In this document: in pieces, positions 20,171 to 30,859 of the stretch | Position numbering within the stretch: position 1 is the stretch's first letter | Layout of the letters: every line of letters begins with the position of its first letter | From: Candidatus Heimdallarchaeota archaeon | GTDB taxonomy: Archaea; Asgardarchaeota; Heimdallarchaeia; Hodarchaeales; Hodarchaeaceae | Length of the DNA: 64,000 nt | Assembly: GCA_011364965.1 (NCBI GenBank) | Contig: RDOB01000003.1 | Location: 464,939-528,938, forward strand | Direction of reading: 5' to 3' | The notes under the pieces: model-generated | Told to the model about the DNA's origin: nothing | Database searches by the model: none | The model's input: the letters and a program-made list of their open reading frames with translations, nothing else | Translations under genes and position numbers: made by a program

Positions 20171-21217
20171 CTAGGATTCCCCTTTTTCGGTCAAGTTATA
20201 ATAATAAAGGTATTCTCGCATGTCTGTATAATTTTCTCGTCTTTTAACAAATCCTTTGCTTATTAATAGGTTAAGTGCATTTCTAATCGTTTTCTGATTG
20301 CGGATATGAGTGGTATTGATCAGTTCATTAATACTAACTGGTTTATCATTGTTTTTTAGCACATGAAGGAGAAATTTAGCTGTTGAGGTCAAAGATTGAG
20401 TATCCTCAAATGATAATTTATCTTTAAGTTTATTTTGCAAACGAATACTATTTCTAAGAGAAAACTTGATGAAAGCGATTTCAAATGGAGCTCGGGTTAG
20501 AGAAAAATAAGTATCATTGGTTTTAAATTGGTAGTTATCCACATTTATTACCAAAGGAAGTATTGCTTCAGTAATTTCAATCGCGATCTCTGAATTCTGA
20601 GGTATAATTTGATGGGAGGTCGTAATATTTCGCGACGCGATAGAGATAATCTGGAATACAGACGAGTGAGGGTTAATTATTGCACCTCCTAAATTAAAAC
20701 TCATAGCAGTAGATCCTGTAGGAGTACATACGAGAATTGCATTTGCAGAATCTGAACCATCATTATAGAGTGACTCTTCATCTACTCGAATATCATATCG
20801 AAGCCGTTTATTGATAGCTGAAGAGGTGACATGAATGTCATTCAACGCGTAGAATCTTTTTTCACTGGTTTCCAATTTGATTAGAGAACGCAAATCAAGG
20901 CCAAAATCATTCACAATGTATTGGTCTAACGCCCAAGAAAGATCATTCATGGTGACCTGGGCAAAGAAAGAATTATCTCCAGGAAGTTCAATACAAAGAA
21001 GTGGTGGAATATTTTCGATTTCTCGAACAATATTAAGCACATCATTATCATGAATAACAAGAAAAAGATCAAAATCTGAATTGGTGTTTAATTCTTTAAA
21101 ACCTATTGGAATGAACATAAAATTAGGATTATCTAAGCGAATTTTGTCAACAATTTTAATTATAAGAGAAATTTCATAATCAGAGATCATTTCTGATTTT
21201 ATAAGAGCAATTTTCAA
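20171..21217 (-). CDS. NAD kinase-like domain fused to C-terminal winged-helix HTH (putative regulator)
   Basis: ALND and TPTGSTAMSFNLGG NADK motifs; GGDG motif absent; C-terminal LTSTAKFLLHVL..INELIN..TIRNALNLLISKGFVKR wHTH. Confidence 0.8.
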   Translation of the reverse strand: MKIALIKSEMISDYEISLIIKIVDKIRLDNPNFMFIPIGFKELNTNSDFDLFLVIHDNDVLNIVREIENIPPLLCIELPGDNSFFAQVTMNDLSWALDQYIVNDFGLDLRSLIKLETSEKRFYALNDIHVTSSAINKRLRYDIRVDEESLYNDGSDSANAILVCTPTGSTAMSFNLGGAIINPHSSVFQIISIASRNITTSHQIIPQNSEIAIEITEAILPLVINVDNYQFKTNDTYFSLTRAPFEIAFIKFSLRNSIRLQNKLKDKLSFEDTQSLTSTAKFLLHVLKNNDKPVSINELINTTHIRNQKTIRNALNLLISKGFVKRRENYTDMREYLYYYNLTEKGES

Positions 21218-21304
21218 GCAATCATCACTGTTAAGGTAATTTGGAATTCTTATTTTGAAGTGGAGGCATTATTTAATTAATACATTCATTCACAAAAATT
21301 CAGT

Positions 21305-21369
21305 ATGATATTAATATCATCGTTTATCTTCGCATAAAGTATATAAACTCTCTTCAGAGAAGAGTTTAT
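21305..21369. promoter_or_regulatory. Two palindromes in the divergent NADK-wHTH/SSB intergenic region
   Basis: Perfect 16-bp ATGATATTAATATCAT (21305-21320) and ATAAACTCT-N9-AGAGTTTAT (21343-21369). Confidence 0.4.
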
Positions 21370-21451
21370 GGGAATAGAATAGATCTGGTTTCAAAATCGA
21401 ATAACTCCGTTTTTTTCTCCTTAGCATGCTATTCTATATATCAAAATCTGT

Positions 21452-21940
21452 GTGTTACATATGAATTCAAGTACAATAACTTCTATTGAAGATTTAAAAC
21501 CGTACGACAACGATATCGTTGTAAATTTCCAAGTAATTGAACAACTTTCTGTCAAAGAGATTAGAAAAGGACACGATGCTGTGCACAAAGTAGCTACTTT
21601 TAAAATTGCTGATGCAACTGGTTCGATCCGTTTAACAGTTTGGAACGAAGCTATTGATAAAATTGATATTGGTCAGACCTATGAATTAAATAAGGGCAAT
21701 GTCAATGTTTTTCAAGACCACGCTCAACTCTCCGCAGGAAAAAATGGACAAATAAAACCTTGTGATGTTAAATTCCATATACTAAATCAAGAAAATAATA
21801 TTAGTGAACAGAAAGTAGTAAAAGAAAAGAGACAATCATCTAGAAGATCACCGAAGTTTCAAAAGAAAAGATACAACGAAGAAGAAGATACTTTTTCAGC
21901 TGAAGTCAACAAGAAGTATTTATGGGCAGAAAAGCGATAA
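21452..21940 (+). CDS. ssb: Single-OB-fold ssDNA-binding protein (crenarchaeal SSB/hSSB1-like) with charged C-terminal tail
   Basis: IEDLKP, IADATGSIRLTVWN, GNVNVFQ..L..GK.G pattern; basic then acidic tail. Confidence 0.85.
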   Translation: MLHMNSSTITSIEDLKPYDNDIVVNFQVIEQLSVKEIRKGHDAVHKVATFKIADATGSIRLTVWNEAIDKIDIGQTYELNKGNVNVFQDHAQLSAGKNGQIKPCDVKFHILNQENNISEQKVVKEKRQSSRRSPKFQKKRYNEEEDTFSAEVNKKYLWAEKR

Positions 21941-22215
21941 TATCCGAGTAGAATCAGAGATAGATGGGGATTATTATCGCTCCATCCTCTGAGGCTTAAA
22001 CGCTTGATCGAATCAATAATCTTCCTTTTTTATCATTTAGTTATAATATATGTGTTAAATACCTCAATTATAGACTTTCCAGTAGATAAAAGGCAGATTA
22101 ACCACGTTCTTCCTATTGTTAAGTTATTTCTCTAAAAAAACTTTTATAAAGGAGAAGTCATATGGAGGTAATTTTATTCTCACGTTGGACCATAAGGAAG
22201 AAAGGCGGAAATTAG

Positions 22216-23337
22216 ATGACTATAGGATTGGGAAAAAAAATATCAAACAAAACTCTATTATATGTATTCTATGGATATATAATCTTCTCTCTTGGGGTAT
22301 TAGCTATTAATGTTCTTCGTAATTTTGACTCGCTAATAGAACCACTGTTTACCCGTCCCCCTGATTTATTCTTAGTGACTTATAGCTTATCAATCCTTTT
22401 AGGATCGTTTTGCACTTATAGATTAATCCTCTTCTATAAGGAATCACTATCCAGTCAATATCTCGTACTAGCTGTGTTTACCTTCGGAATGTCTGTCACA
22501 ATGTTTCTCTGGCAGATGTGGCTTGAGTTTTTTTCACTCGTTAATCTTGATATTTCTCTAGCGTGGACGAGCTATATCGAACCAGAAATTATGATTGGTC
22601 AGGCAAATTATTTTATTGGAATGATCGCCATGCTGATCTATGCAATTAGACTACGGGTTTGGAATGATTATCATATTCTTGTGAAAATTTTCTTTATCTG
22701 GCTTCTCTATGAAAATATTGTCATGGGATTCCTTTACTGGCCAGTTGGGCGAACTCTCCTGTGGTTAGATATCCTCCCGTTTGGTTATTGGGAGAACCCC
22801 CAATTTCTTTTAAATTTGATCTCTCCATATTATATCGTTACTACAGCCATTTTACCAGAATTAATATCTTTTTATGCTGCTTTATTTAATCCTATCGGTT
22901 TTGGTGTCCCATTGTTCTTTGTTTATGCATATCTTAGTGCTAAACCAGAAATAAGTACCTCGAAAATCTTTTGGTCTCGTGTTTTCTGGATTTTATTCGG
23001 CCTGTCCAATATTATCCTGGAATTAATTAGTATCTTCGATTTAGCTTCATTTTTTGGTATACAAACAGCCAGTGTATGGTATGGATTGTTGTCAGTTAAA
23101 CAGACCATAATTTTATCAGGTTTAGCAATTCTATTTGTTCTTGCGCCTGAAGCTCTGCTTATTACACGGGCGCAAATCTTTCAAGCAAAAGCATTGTATC
23201 GAAAAGTAGAACGCGGAGAACTAGGACCCCCAGTTCAATCAAATGTTTTAGATTATAAATCCCGTTTCCGGACGTACATCGATTCATTCCCCGCTGAACT
23301 TAAAGCTGCCCTTAAAAAAGAGCAAACAGAATCCTGA
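22216..23337 (+). CDS. Hypothetical multi-pass membrane protein
   Basis: About 8-9 hydrophobic segments; C-terminal PEALLITRAQI motif; no family recognised. Confidence 0.75.
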   Translation: MTIGLGKKISNKTLLYVFYGYIIFSLGVLAINVLRNFDSLIEPLFTRPPDLFLVTYSLSILLGSFCTYRLILFYKESLSSQYLVLAVFTFGMSVTMFLWQMWLEFFSLVNLDISLAWTSYIEPEIMIGQANYFIGMIAMLIYAIRLRVWNDYHILVKIFFIWLLYENIVMGFLYWPVGRTLLWLDILPFGYWENPQFLLNLISPYYIVTTAILPELISFYAALFNPIGFGVPLFFVYAYLSAKPEISTSKIFWSRVFWILFGLSNIILELISIFDLASFFGIQTASVWYGLLSVKQTIILSGLAILFVLAPEALLITRAQIFQAKALYRKVERGELGPPVQSNVLDYKSRFRTYIDSFPAELKAALKKEQTES

Positions 23338-23530
23338 TTTCAGTGATTTACAGAATTTAGCAAAAAATAGGCGCGGGGAGAAGTAATTCTCTAAAAACCT
23401 TCTTTCAACTTAGGATCTCACTTCTGAATTTAAATATTGCAGTGATCATCCAAATAAATAGCGAACAAAGACAACGTTAACAATAAGACTTTCAACAATA
23501 ATTTCCACTATTCCAGATGGTGCGTTAAAA

Positions 23531-23791
23531 ATGACACAGAATACACACCTCAATAAAAGAGGCAATTGGCAAGACCTTAGCGGTATTAGAATTGTTGTAG
23601 CGGCATTTGGCCTTCTATGTGGACTAACGGGAATAATTGCGGGATGGTTTGAAATCCAGCAAGGGAATATTACCCCTGATGGATTAGTAATTAGCACAAT
23701 TGGTTCAAATTATACTATAGCGGATGATCTTACTTATTTTGCCATCACGATCATTCCTAATATGATGATACCTGGAATATTAGCTATATAG
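23531..23791 (+). pseudogene. Probable truncated membrane-protein gene fragment
   Basis: Protein-like N-terminus (FGLLCGLTGIIAGWFEIQQGN...TIIPN) stops within a hydrophobic segment (GILAI*). Confidence 0.45.
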
Positions 23792-23987
23792 CTGACTCAG
23801 AAAGTATTATTCAATTTGTTGAATAAGCGGTTTGTTTGTATAAAAGCAGTCTATTTTTTGTCTGTTTTGAGATTGTCTCGGATTTTAAAGGTTGATTATT
23901 ATAAGTTTATCACATATAATGAGACCTCTAGTAAAATTTAAGTATGATAAAAGTATGAGGCATTTTTAGAAATGAGGTATTTTTAAG

Positions 23988-24446
23988 TTGACAAATCGTC
24001 GTATCGATCTAGATCAATATGATAAAGCCATAATCATTATATGGGCGATTTTAATCGCGTTATTGTTAGGAGCCATTGAAGCACAGGCTTTTGCATATTA
24101 TTTAGACTATGAACTGCATAATTTTCCGTTTTATTGGTTAATATATACATTATTCATCTTTTTAATGTTATCAATCATTCCATTCCTCACACGAGAAAAG
24201 ACAGATTGGTTATTGACGATTGGTGGTGCGTTCTTAATTCAATTTTTTCAAGATATCGGACATTGGTTAACAAAAATGCTTATTCAAGGTACCTGGACAC
24301 TTGGTGACCCCCTTTGGACTCCCCTTTGGGATCTTTTCCATATTAGTTTTCCAATCCCCCTGTTCTGGATTATTGATTGGATTATTTTTGGGATATTCTT
24401 TATTATCTGGTGGATGTTAGACAGATACCTCCCAGTAGCAAACTAA
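23988..24446 (+). CDS. Hypothetical membrane protein (4 TM)
   Basis: Hydrophobic helices; GAGGT RBS upstream. Confidence 0.7.
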   Translation: MTNRRIDLDQYDKAIIIIWAILIALLLGAIEAQAFAYYLDYELHNFPFYWLIYTLFIFLMLSIIPFLTREKTDWLLTIGGAFLIQFFQDIGHWLTKMLIQGTWTLGDPLWTPLWDLFHISFPIPLFWIIDWIIFGIFFIIWWMLDRYLPVAN

Positions 24447-24762
24447 TCAATATGTTGCGAAGGTTCCTCCGAACTGAAAGCGAGTTTTCAAATCCTCTCG
24501 AAGATTAAGTAAGAATCACCGTTACGACAGCGACGCTAGTCGTATCTTGAGTATCAGTAAGACGTTCATTAAGAAGGTTCAATCTAAATCCTTTACCTCT
24601 ATTACGCTCAACAACCTATAAACAAGAATTTCGTGAATTACTTCAAGCTTTCTAAACTCTCATAAGGTTGCAAAAGGAATTAAGTTTTAACTACTACTTT
24701 TATTAAATACAAAAAAGGAAGAATGAGAAAGACACCAAACAACTTCAATTGAAGGAAAAATA

Positions 24763-25527
24763 ATGAATGAAACCATCAAAACGATCCATAGATTAAGATC
24801 AATACATAAGTTTTCTAATAAAGAAATTTCTAACTCAGATTTGAAAATTATTCTTGAAGCAGCAGTATGTGCAGCCAATGCGTCAGCAAGACAGAGTTAT
24901 TCGATTATTGTAGTTGAGGATAGAACTATTTTAGAAACTTCTCATTTTTATGGAGCAAACAAAGCGTTGGTATTTTGTGTTGATTATAACCGTATTGCAG
25001 ACATAGCTAAATATTTGAATCATCCTATTGAATCTGGAAATATCATAAGATTCATCACAGGAAGTACAGATACAATTCTCGCAGCACAAACAGCCGCAAT
25101 TGCGGCACAATCACTTAATATTGATTCTCTTTTCACTAATAGCCTTCATAGAGCTAATATAACAGAAATTTATAAACTGTTAAACCTTCCAGATAAATAC
25201 TGCTTTCCTTTAATAACTCTGTGTTTAGGGTATTCAGAAACAGAACCAACGAGGAAAAAAGGTCGATTGCGGAATTCGGGAATCATACATCACGGTAAGT
25301 ACCAAAAGTTAACAACTGAAGAATTAAAAAAACTTGTAAATGACTATGATAATGAGGAAAAGCAGTTAGGTTTGATTTCATCAGAAAAATGGTCCGAAAT
25401 GGGATTTAAGCATTATCTAGATTGGTTTTACACCAAATGGCCAACCCTTGCCATGAACAAATCGAAAGTGGAAGAATTTCATAAGATCTTAAGGAAAGTG
25501 GGATTCTTAACTTCAATTCCAATCTAG
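24763..25527 (+). CDS. Nitroreductase family protein (NfsA/FRP-like)
   Basis: RSIHKF, AANASARQSYSIIVV, DTILAAQTAAIAAQSL, PLITLCLGY. Confidence 0.9.
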   Translation: MNETIKTIHRLRSIHKFSNKEISNSDLKIILEAAVCAANASARQSYSIIVVEDRTILETSHFYGANKALVFCVDYNRIADIAKYLNHPIESGNIIRFITGSTDTILAAQTAAIAAQSLNIDSLFTNSLHRANITEIYKLLNLPDKYCFPLITLCLGYSETEPTRKKGRLRNSGIIHHGKYQKLTTEELKKLVNDYDNEEKQLGLISSEKWSEMGFKHYLDWFYTKWPTLAMNKSKVEEFHKILRKVGFLTSIPI

Positions 25528-25595
25528 ATGAAGTAAGTAAAATTAAATAAAATAAACGTTTATTCTATTATACACACTTTACAGGGGAATGAAAA

Positions 25596-26774
25596 TCAAA
25601 GGATTTTTTGAAGACCATAATAACTTGCTGAATAACAAAGGAAGATTGTTATTGGGAAAACCACAGCAAGCTTAATAACTGGAAAGAGAGAGATAGGAGC
25701 AAATAGAAGGGATAAGAAGATAAGAATAGGGGGATGAATAAGGTACATATGAAAGGATGTTGAAGAAAAACGTTGTAGGAGAAGGTTTTGAGTATTAAAT
25801 TTTTTATGAAAGATCGGAATTAAAACGAAAATCATACTTAAACAAATAACATTGTCAACCACCGCAAAGATTAGAGCAGGAACGGAAATTCCCCCCATAA
25901 AAACATTCAAATTCGAATCAATGCCTAGAACTAGAAAAATATAAACGAAGAATGCTAAAAAACTTACAACTATAGTAATAGACCAAGCTTTGAAATATTT
26001 AGTTTCTCGAAACATAATTTCAAACCAGTTGTATCGAGCAGCCAAAGCTCCAACAGTAAACATCATTAGATATTGGATCATGAAAGGGAGGGGTACTCCT
26101 AATGGAAATTCATCAATAGCAAATTCGATACGAACCATAAAAGTAGCAATACCCAAAATGATTCCTAAGAATAATAAATAACCATATCTTGGGATAGAAA
26201 ATTCCTTGGGTATGTATTGTTGAACAGAATCAAGGTGTCTCCAAAAAGTATAACCCGCGGTAAATATTAATAGCACAAATAGAAACCACATAGGACCCGC
26301 AGATGTCAGAAAGTTGACAAAACTCTCCAATGATCGGAATTGAACGAGGTAGTAGTCGATTAAAGACCCAGTAAGTACTGGTTGGGAATTCCATGGTTCA
26401 ATTCCTAAGGTAGCTAGATAATACTTTAAAAGGGGGTCAATAAGTACACTATACAGTAGAAAAGGAATACCAAGACGAGTGAGTCGCTCTTTCCAAAATA
26501 ACTTAACTCCTTTATTATCATAACTTCTAGGAGTAAAATAACCACCTAGAAGAAAAAAAAGACCCAGCAGGGAACTCTGAAACAATCCTCCAATAGATGT
26601 CAATAATGCAAAAATGATATAACTAAAAGGGTCAACAAGATTAGACTCCACATAATACCACCATCCCGAACCTTCGTATGTAACCCGAGCGTGTTGGAAT
26701 ATTACGAGAATAGCAAAAAAAAGCTTCATGTTATCAAGAAAAATGAGTCGTGGTTTCTTAGATTCCGTATTCAT
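25596..26774 (-). CDS. Acyltransferase family 3 (OpgC/MdoC-like) membrane protein
   Basis: RLIFLDNMK..LVIFQH, FFLLGGYF, RLTRLGIPF, GPMWFL, YLIHPP. Confidence 0.9.
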   Translation of the reverse strand: MNTESKKPRLIFLDNMKLFFAILVIFQHARVTYEGSGWWYYVESNLVDPFSYIIFALLTSIGGLFQSSLLGLFFLLGGYFTPRSYDNKGVKLFWKERLTRLGIPFLLYSVLIDPLLKYYLATLGIEPWNSQPVLTGSLIDYYLVQFRSLESFVNFLTSAGPMWFLFVLLIFTAGYTFWRHLDSVQQYIPKEFSIPRYGYLLFLGIILGIATFMVRIEFAIDEFPLGVPLPFMIQYLMMFTVGALAARYNWFEIMFRETKYFKAWSITIVVSFLAFFVYIFLVLGIDSNLNVFMGGISVPALIFAVVDNVICLSMIFVLIPIFHKKFNTQNLLLQRFSSTSFHMYLIHPPILIFLSLLFAPISLFPVIKLAVVFPITIFLCYSASYYGLQKIL

Positions 26775-26831
26775 TTAGCTTATTCACCTGTAACCTAAAC
26801 ATGATAACAATATTCAATAAATATACAATTT

Positions 26832-27512
26832 TTAATAAATCCTAGGGATTAAGCGTTTTGTACGTTTAATGTAGCTTTTATATTCTTCTCCTAAATTAGT
26901 TAGTAATAATTTTTCTTCTAAATCAATTCTACTCATAGTAAGAGGAAGCATGAAAAGAACAACGAAACAGGATGAGAGAAGACCTCCAAAAGCAAAAGTA
27001 TATCCAAACAAAAATAGAATATAACCTAAATAGAGAGGATGGCGAATATATCGATAAATTCCGTTGGTAATTAATTGGTGATGGTCTTTTATCACGATCC
27101 TAGGTGTACCATACGGTCCAAGGAGGATCCTACTCCAAATCATTAGAATTCCTCCGCACAACAACACTAGATTACCGAAGATAGCCATTGCTAAAGCAAT
27201 TGGATATTGAATGAATTGCCGAAGGAAAATTTGGTATTCAGCATAGGGAATATACAAGAGAAAAGGGATAAAAAAGAATAATAGGAAAATCACCAAAGTG
27301 CTTTTTTTGAATTGATCCTTTTCTTCTCCAACCCAGAGAGGTCGAAATAATATGTCTCCAGCAAGAAAAACACATAGTAATAGCATAGTAACCAAATTTA
27401 AAATTGTTGCTTCATCGTATAACTCTGGCCAAAGAATTATAATCAAGTTTATATAAATCAATAAAATTGGAATGCCAATAAATTTCCTTTTTACAATATT
27501 CTGTTTCCACAA
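26832..27512 (-). CDS. Isoprenylcysteine carboxyl methyltransferase (ICMT/Ste14)-family membrane methyltransferase
   Basis: HQLITNGIYRYIRHPLYLG, RIDLEEKLL, RLIPRIY. Confidence 0.9.
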   Translation of the reverse strand: MWKQNIVKRKFIGIPILLIYINLIIILWPELYDEATILNLVTMLLLCVFLAGDILFRPLWVGEEKDQFKKSTLVIFLLFFFIPFLLYIPYAEYQIFLRQFIQYPIALAMAIFGNLVLLCGGILMIWSRILLGPYGTPRIVIKDHHQLITNGIYRYIRHPLYLGYILFLFGYTFAFGGLLSSCFVVLFMLPLTMSRIDLEEKLLLTNLGEEYKSYIKRTKRLIPRIY

Positions 27513-27772
27513 TATTAATGTACTCCTCTATCTTGCTTACTTTGGATTGATCTCGATTTACATATAAATCCTAAAAAGATTATTCTTATCTGAATTTGAT
27601 CTTAACCATGAAATTACTAGGAGGCTCAGAAGTAAATTTTTCCATAATTCTCGTCCCAACGCGGTTAAATTTCCATAAATACCATACGAGATGCTACATC
27701 TTGCCAATTATACCTCTTATAACGAAGAATTTCCTCTTAAATTATAAATATAAACCTGAAGAATGAAGGTAG

Positions 27773-28609
27773 TTGAATATTATGGATGAATTAGGAGAAT
27801 ATAAAATCCAGGATTTCCCGAGAAATCGGCTAAGCATAACTGATTATTTAGATGTAGCACAAAAACGACATATAATCACTGGTCTCCTAGAATTGGATAT
27901 AACAAAAGCACGTGAAAGACTAAAAACCTATAAGAATAAGACTGGAAATGCAATTTCATTTACAGGTTGGATTTGTTGGTGTATAGGCCAAGTTATAGAA
28001 AATAATAAAGAAATTCATGCCGCTAGAAAAGGAAGAAGTAAATTAGTATTTTTTGAAGACGTCGATATCACAATTCAAGTTGAAAGATCTGTGAAAGGAA
28101 AAAAAATTCCATTACCTTATGTCCTACGAAAGGTTAACCAGAAATCGGTTTTGGAAATAACAAAAGAAATCCGGACTGTACAAAAACAAACTTTTGACAA
28201 TCAAAATGTTCAGGTGCTAGGAAACCGAAGTAATCTTCGATATTTAGCTAGAATTGGAGTCTATTTGCCAAAATTTATACGCGCTCGCTTTTGGAAACGA
28301 GTCATCTGGAATCCATTTTCTTTGAAAAGGCTATCTGGCCTTGTATCGGTTACAGCTGTGGGAATGTTTGGAACTAATCTAGGATGGGCAATTCCGCTTA
28401 GTGGTTTTCCTATATCAATAGCCATTGGAGGAATAGGAAAGAAACCTGGGGTCGTGAATGATACAATCCAAATCAGAGAATATTTGGCTGTAACTTTACA
28501 ATTTGATCATGATATCATTGATGGAGCACCTGCGACAAGATTTGGTGCTGCTTTGATTGAATATCTTGAATCAGCAAGGGGTTTGGAAAACATCTTAATC
28601 GACGGATAA
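27773..28609 (+). CDS. Stand-alone 2-oxoacid dehydrogenase E2 acyltransferase catalytic domain
   Basis: LDITKAR, ISFTGW, catalytic DHDIIDGA (HxxxDG); no lipoyl domain. Confidence 0.88.
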   Translation: MNIMDELGEYKIQDFPRNRLSITDYLDVAQKRHIITGLLELDITKARERLKTYKNKTGNAISFTGWICWCIGQVIENNKEIHAARKGRSKLVFFEDVDITIQVERSVKGKKIPLPYVLRKVNQKSVLEITKEIRTVQKQTFDNQNVQVLGNRSNLRYLARIGVYLPKFIRARFWKRVIWNPFSLKRLSGLVSVTAVGMFGTNLGWAIPLSGFPISIAIGGIGKKPGVVNDTIQIREYLAVTLQFDHDIIDGAPATRFGAALIEYLESARGLENILIDG

Positions 28610-28804
28610 TTACTAATGGTCTAGAGAATAATAATGATCTTAAGAGAAAGATCTTTTCGATGATCTCTTGAAAAATTGCTATAATAATCCTGAAGGTTTC
28701 CTAAAGGAATTTTGAAAAAATTCCTGCAATTCCCCCTACCACAATCATAGATATTAAAAGAACCAATAAAATCTTTTGATCAAAGCGTTAATCAGGGGAT
28801 TTTT

Positions 28805-29638
28805 TTGGTAAAAACTAAAAAAACAACTAATCTAACGATTTATGATATTGGTGGTAAATTAGGAAGTACAGGAGGACATTTCGGAGGCATTGCAGCAACA
28901 GAACTCATGATATCTAAGCTGGGTATTTCAAGCTCTAATGCTGTAAAAATTTTAGAAATTGGATGTGGCACAGGGGGAACATCTTGCCTTATTGCTGAAC
29001 AATATGGAGGAGAGGTTACTGGAATCGATATATCAGAGGATATGATTGAAGGAGCTAGAAAACGCGCCGTTAAAAAAGGATTGAAAAACGTTACATTCAA
29101 AGTAGCGAATGCTCACAAGCTTCCATTTGAGAATGAATCCTTTGACATCGTTATTGCAGAATCAGCTACCGCTCTTATCCCAGATCCGTCAAAAGCACTA
29201 TCTGAATATTATCGAGTAACAAAACCCAATGGTCAAGTAGGAAATATTGACCTATTTATTATTCCTGGAGCGCCTGAAAAAGTATTTGAATTAATAAATG
29301 AGGTTATTATAGGGGCAGTAGGTAGAGCGATCAAGATACCAACAGCTGATCAATACTACAAATTGTTTGAAGAAGCAGGCTATACCAATCTCTCAATCGA
29401 GAAAAATCAGGAATCAGTTCTTGAATATACATCTTTTAAATATATGAAGAAAGAATATGGTATCCTTGGCCTAACGAAAATCACCCTGAAAATGTGTTAT
29501 TATATGATATTTAATGGTGCTTTTCGAAGATTACTATTTAAGATCAGAAAATTTCAAAGGGTTGTTTTTGAAAAAGATGAAAACGGTAAGTGTCGTTATG
29601 TAGGCTATATAGTTTTGGTTGGTCAGAAACCAGGGTAA
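28805..29638 (+). CDS. Class I SAM-dependent methyltransferase
   Basis: ILEIGCGTG, GIDIS, LPFENESFD, RVTKPNG. Confidence 0.92.
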   Translation: MVKTKKTTNLTIYDIGGKLGSTGGHFGGIAATELMISKLGISSSNAVKILEIGCGTGGTSCLIAEQYGGEVTGIDISEDMIEGARKRAVKKGLKNVTFKVANAHKLPFENESFDIVIAESATALIPDPSKALSEYYRVTKPNGQVGNIDLFIIPGAPEKVFELINEVIIGAVGRAIKIPTADQYYKLFEEAGYTNLSIEKNQESVLEYTSFKYMKKEYGILGLTKITLKMCYYMIFNGAFRRLLFKIRKFQRVVFEKDENGKCRYVGYIVLVGQKPG

Positions 29639-29745
29639 GAACGGCAGGGAATCCATTAGGATATTCTAGATTTTTCAATAATTTCCGTAAGTTAGAAACA
29701 TAACTTATTATTCCAATTCAACCTTCAATGCAACTTTGAAATATT

Positions 29746-30795
29746 TTAAGAAGAATCTTGAATTGAGAATTCACAATAATTTTTTAAAACAAAGGCGGCC
29801 CTGAAGGTCAACCATTTTGAGGGAGTGTTTTTCTTTTCTATTTCTACTAACATTGGATTCCTATGCGCGGATTGATTTATCCAAAATCCAAGGGGATCCA
29901 TGGAATTAATTATGTGCTCAACTGCTTCTTTGAATTCCTTATGATAAGGGATTTTGCCTTTCGCTAGCCAATATAGGGTTTCTAGAGCATCAGAAGTATA
30001 TGATTGAGGAAATCCAAATTTCATCCAACTCTTTTTTAATTCACTTTTTTCTAATTTCTCAGGTTGGGACAAAAATCGTGCTCTAATTTTCCGTATTTCC
30101 TTAGCAGTTTTTCCTTTAATCATATTATGGTAATCTTTAGACCCCAAAGGTACATATCTAAAAATCTTGTTTTCTATCATTCTTTCAACAATAATCTCTA
30201 CGGCCTTTTCAACTTCTGAAGATCTGTTATGATTATCTAAGATTGAATATAAAGCTAAAACCTTTGTAAGAGCCATTTGGCAATCAGGTAACAGCGTATA
30301 TAATGGATCGGGAGAACAGAATGCACCATGGTCCTCTAGGATTTGATTAGTGAGAAAATCAATTCCTTTCTGGGTATTTTCATTATTAATCTCAAAATGA
30401 TTAAGCGCTCGAATTAGATTTGCTGTCAAACACATTAAAAGGAAGTTGGAACCAATTTTGTGAGTGAATCCTCCTTCAGGTAATTGATAGGAAAGGATTT
30501 TTAGACATGCTTTTTGGATTAATTCCTCTGGATTCGCATTTAATTCGCATAAGAAGATTAATTGCCAATAATCGCCAGTATATTTCTTATAAGGGTTTTT
30601 AGAGCTACTCCAAGCTCCATTAGGTTTTATTAAAGAAATTAATTTCTCAATTGGCGGATACTGATTTACTTCCTTAATCTCAAGCACTGTAAGAGGTTCA
30701 TTTTTTATGAATTTTTTTGTCATATTCCTCACAGGGGGATTATTGGCTTCTAATAACCAATTAAGAGTTTTAGCTGGCAACTGAAAGAATCTCAC
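29746..30795 (-). CDS. Prenyltransferase/squalene-cyclase-like (alpha/alpha barrel) hypothetical protein
   Basis: WLLEANNPPVR, WQLIFL.EL, FGFPQSYTSDALE, SKWLTFRA pattern of this uncharacterised family. Confidence 0.7.
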   Translation of the reverse strand: MRFFQLPAKTLNWLLEANNPPVRNMTKKFIKNEPLTVLEIKEVNQYPPIEKLISLIKPNGAWSSSKNPYKKYTGDYWQLIFLCELNANPEELIQKACLKILSYQLPEGGFTHKIGSNFLLMCLTANLIRALNHFEINNENTQKGIDFLTNQILEDHGAFCSPDPLYTLLPDCQMALTKVLALYSILDNHNRSSEVEKAVEIIVERMIENKIFRYVPLGSKDYHNMIKGKTAKEIRKIRARFLSQPEKLEKSELKKSWMKFGFPQSYTSDALETLYWLAKGKIPYHKEFKEAVEHIINSMDPLGFWINQSAHRNPMLVEIEKKNTPSKWLTFRAAFVLKNYCEFSIQDSS

Positions 30796-30859
30796 TTGAT
30801 TACCTCAATTTTTAACTGGTTTTGTGAAATAAAATCAATAAGAGTCGTTCCTCAATAAT

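Noticed and set aside
24450-24660. Intergenic stretch with small hairpin (TACGAC..GTCGTA) and protein-like frames; possible ncRNA or transposase remnant
   Set aside because: No terminal repeats, no recognisable RNA family or transposase motif
29746-30795. Family often auto-annotated as 'nitrogen fixation protein NifH'
   Set aside because: No P-loop or NifH Cys motifs are present in the sequence
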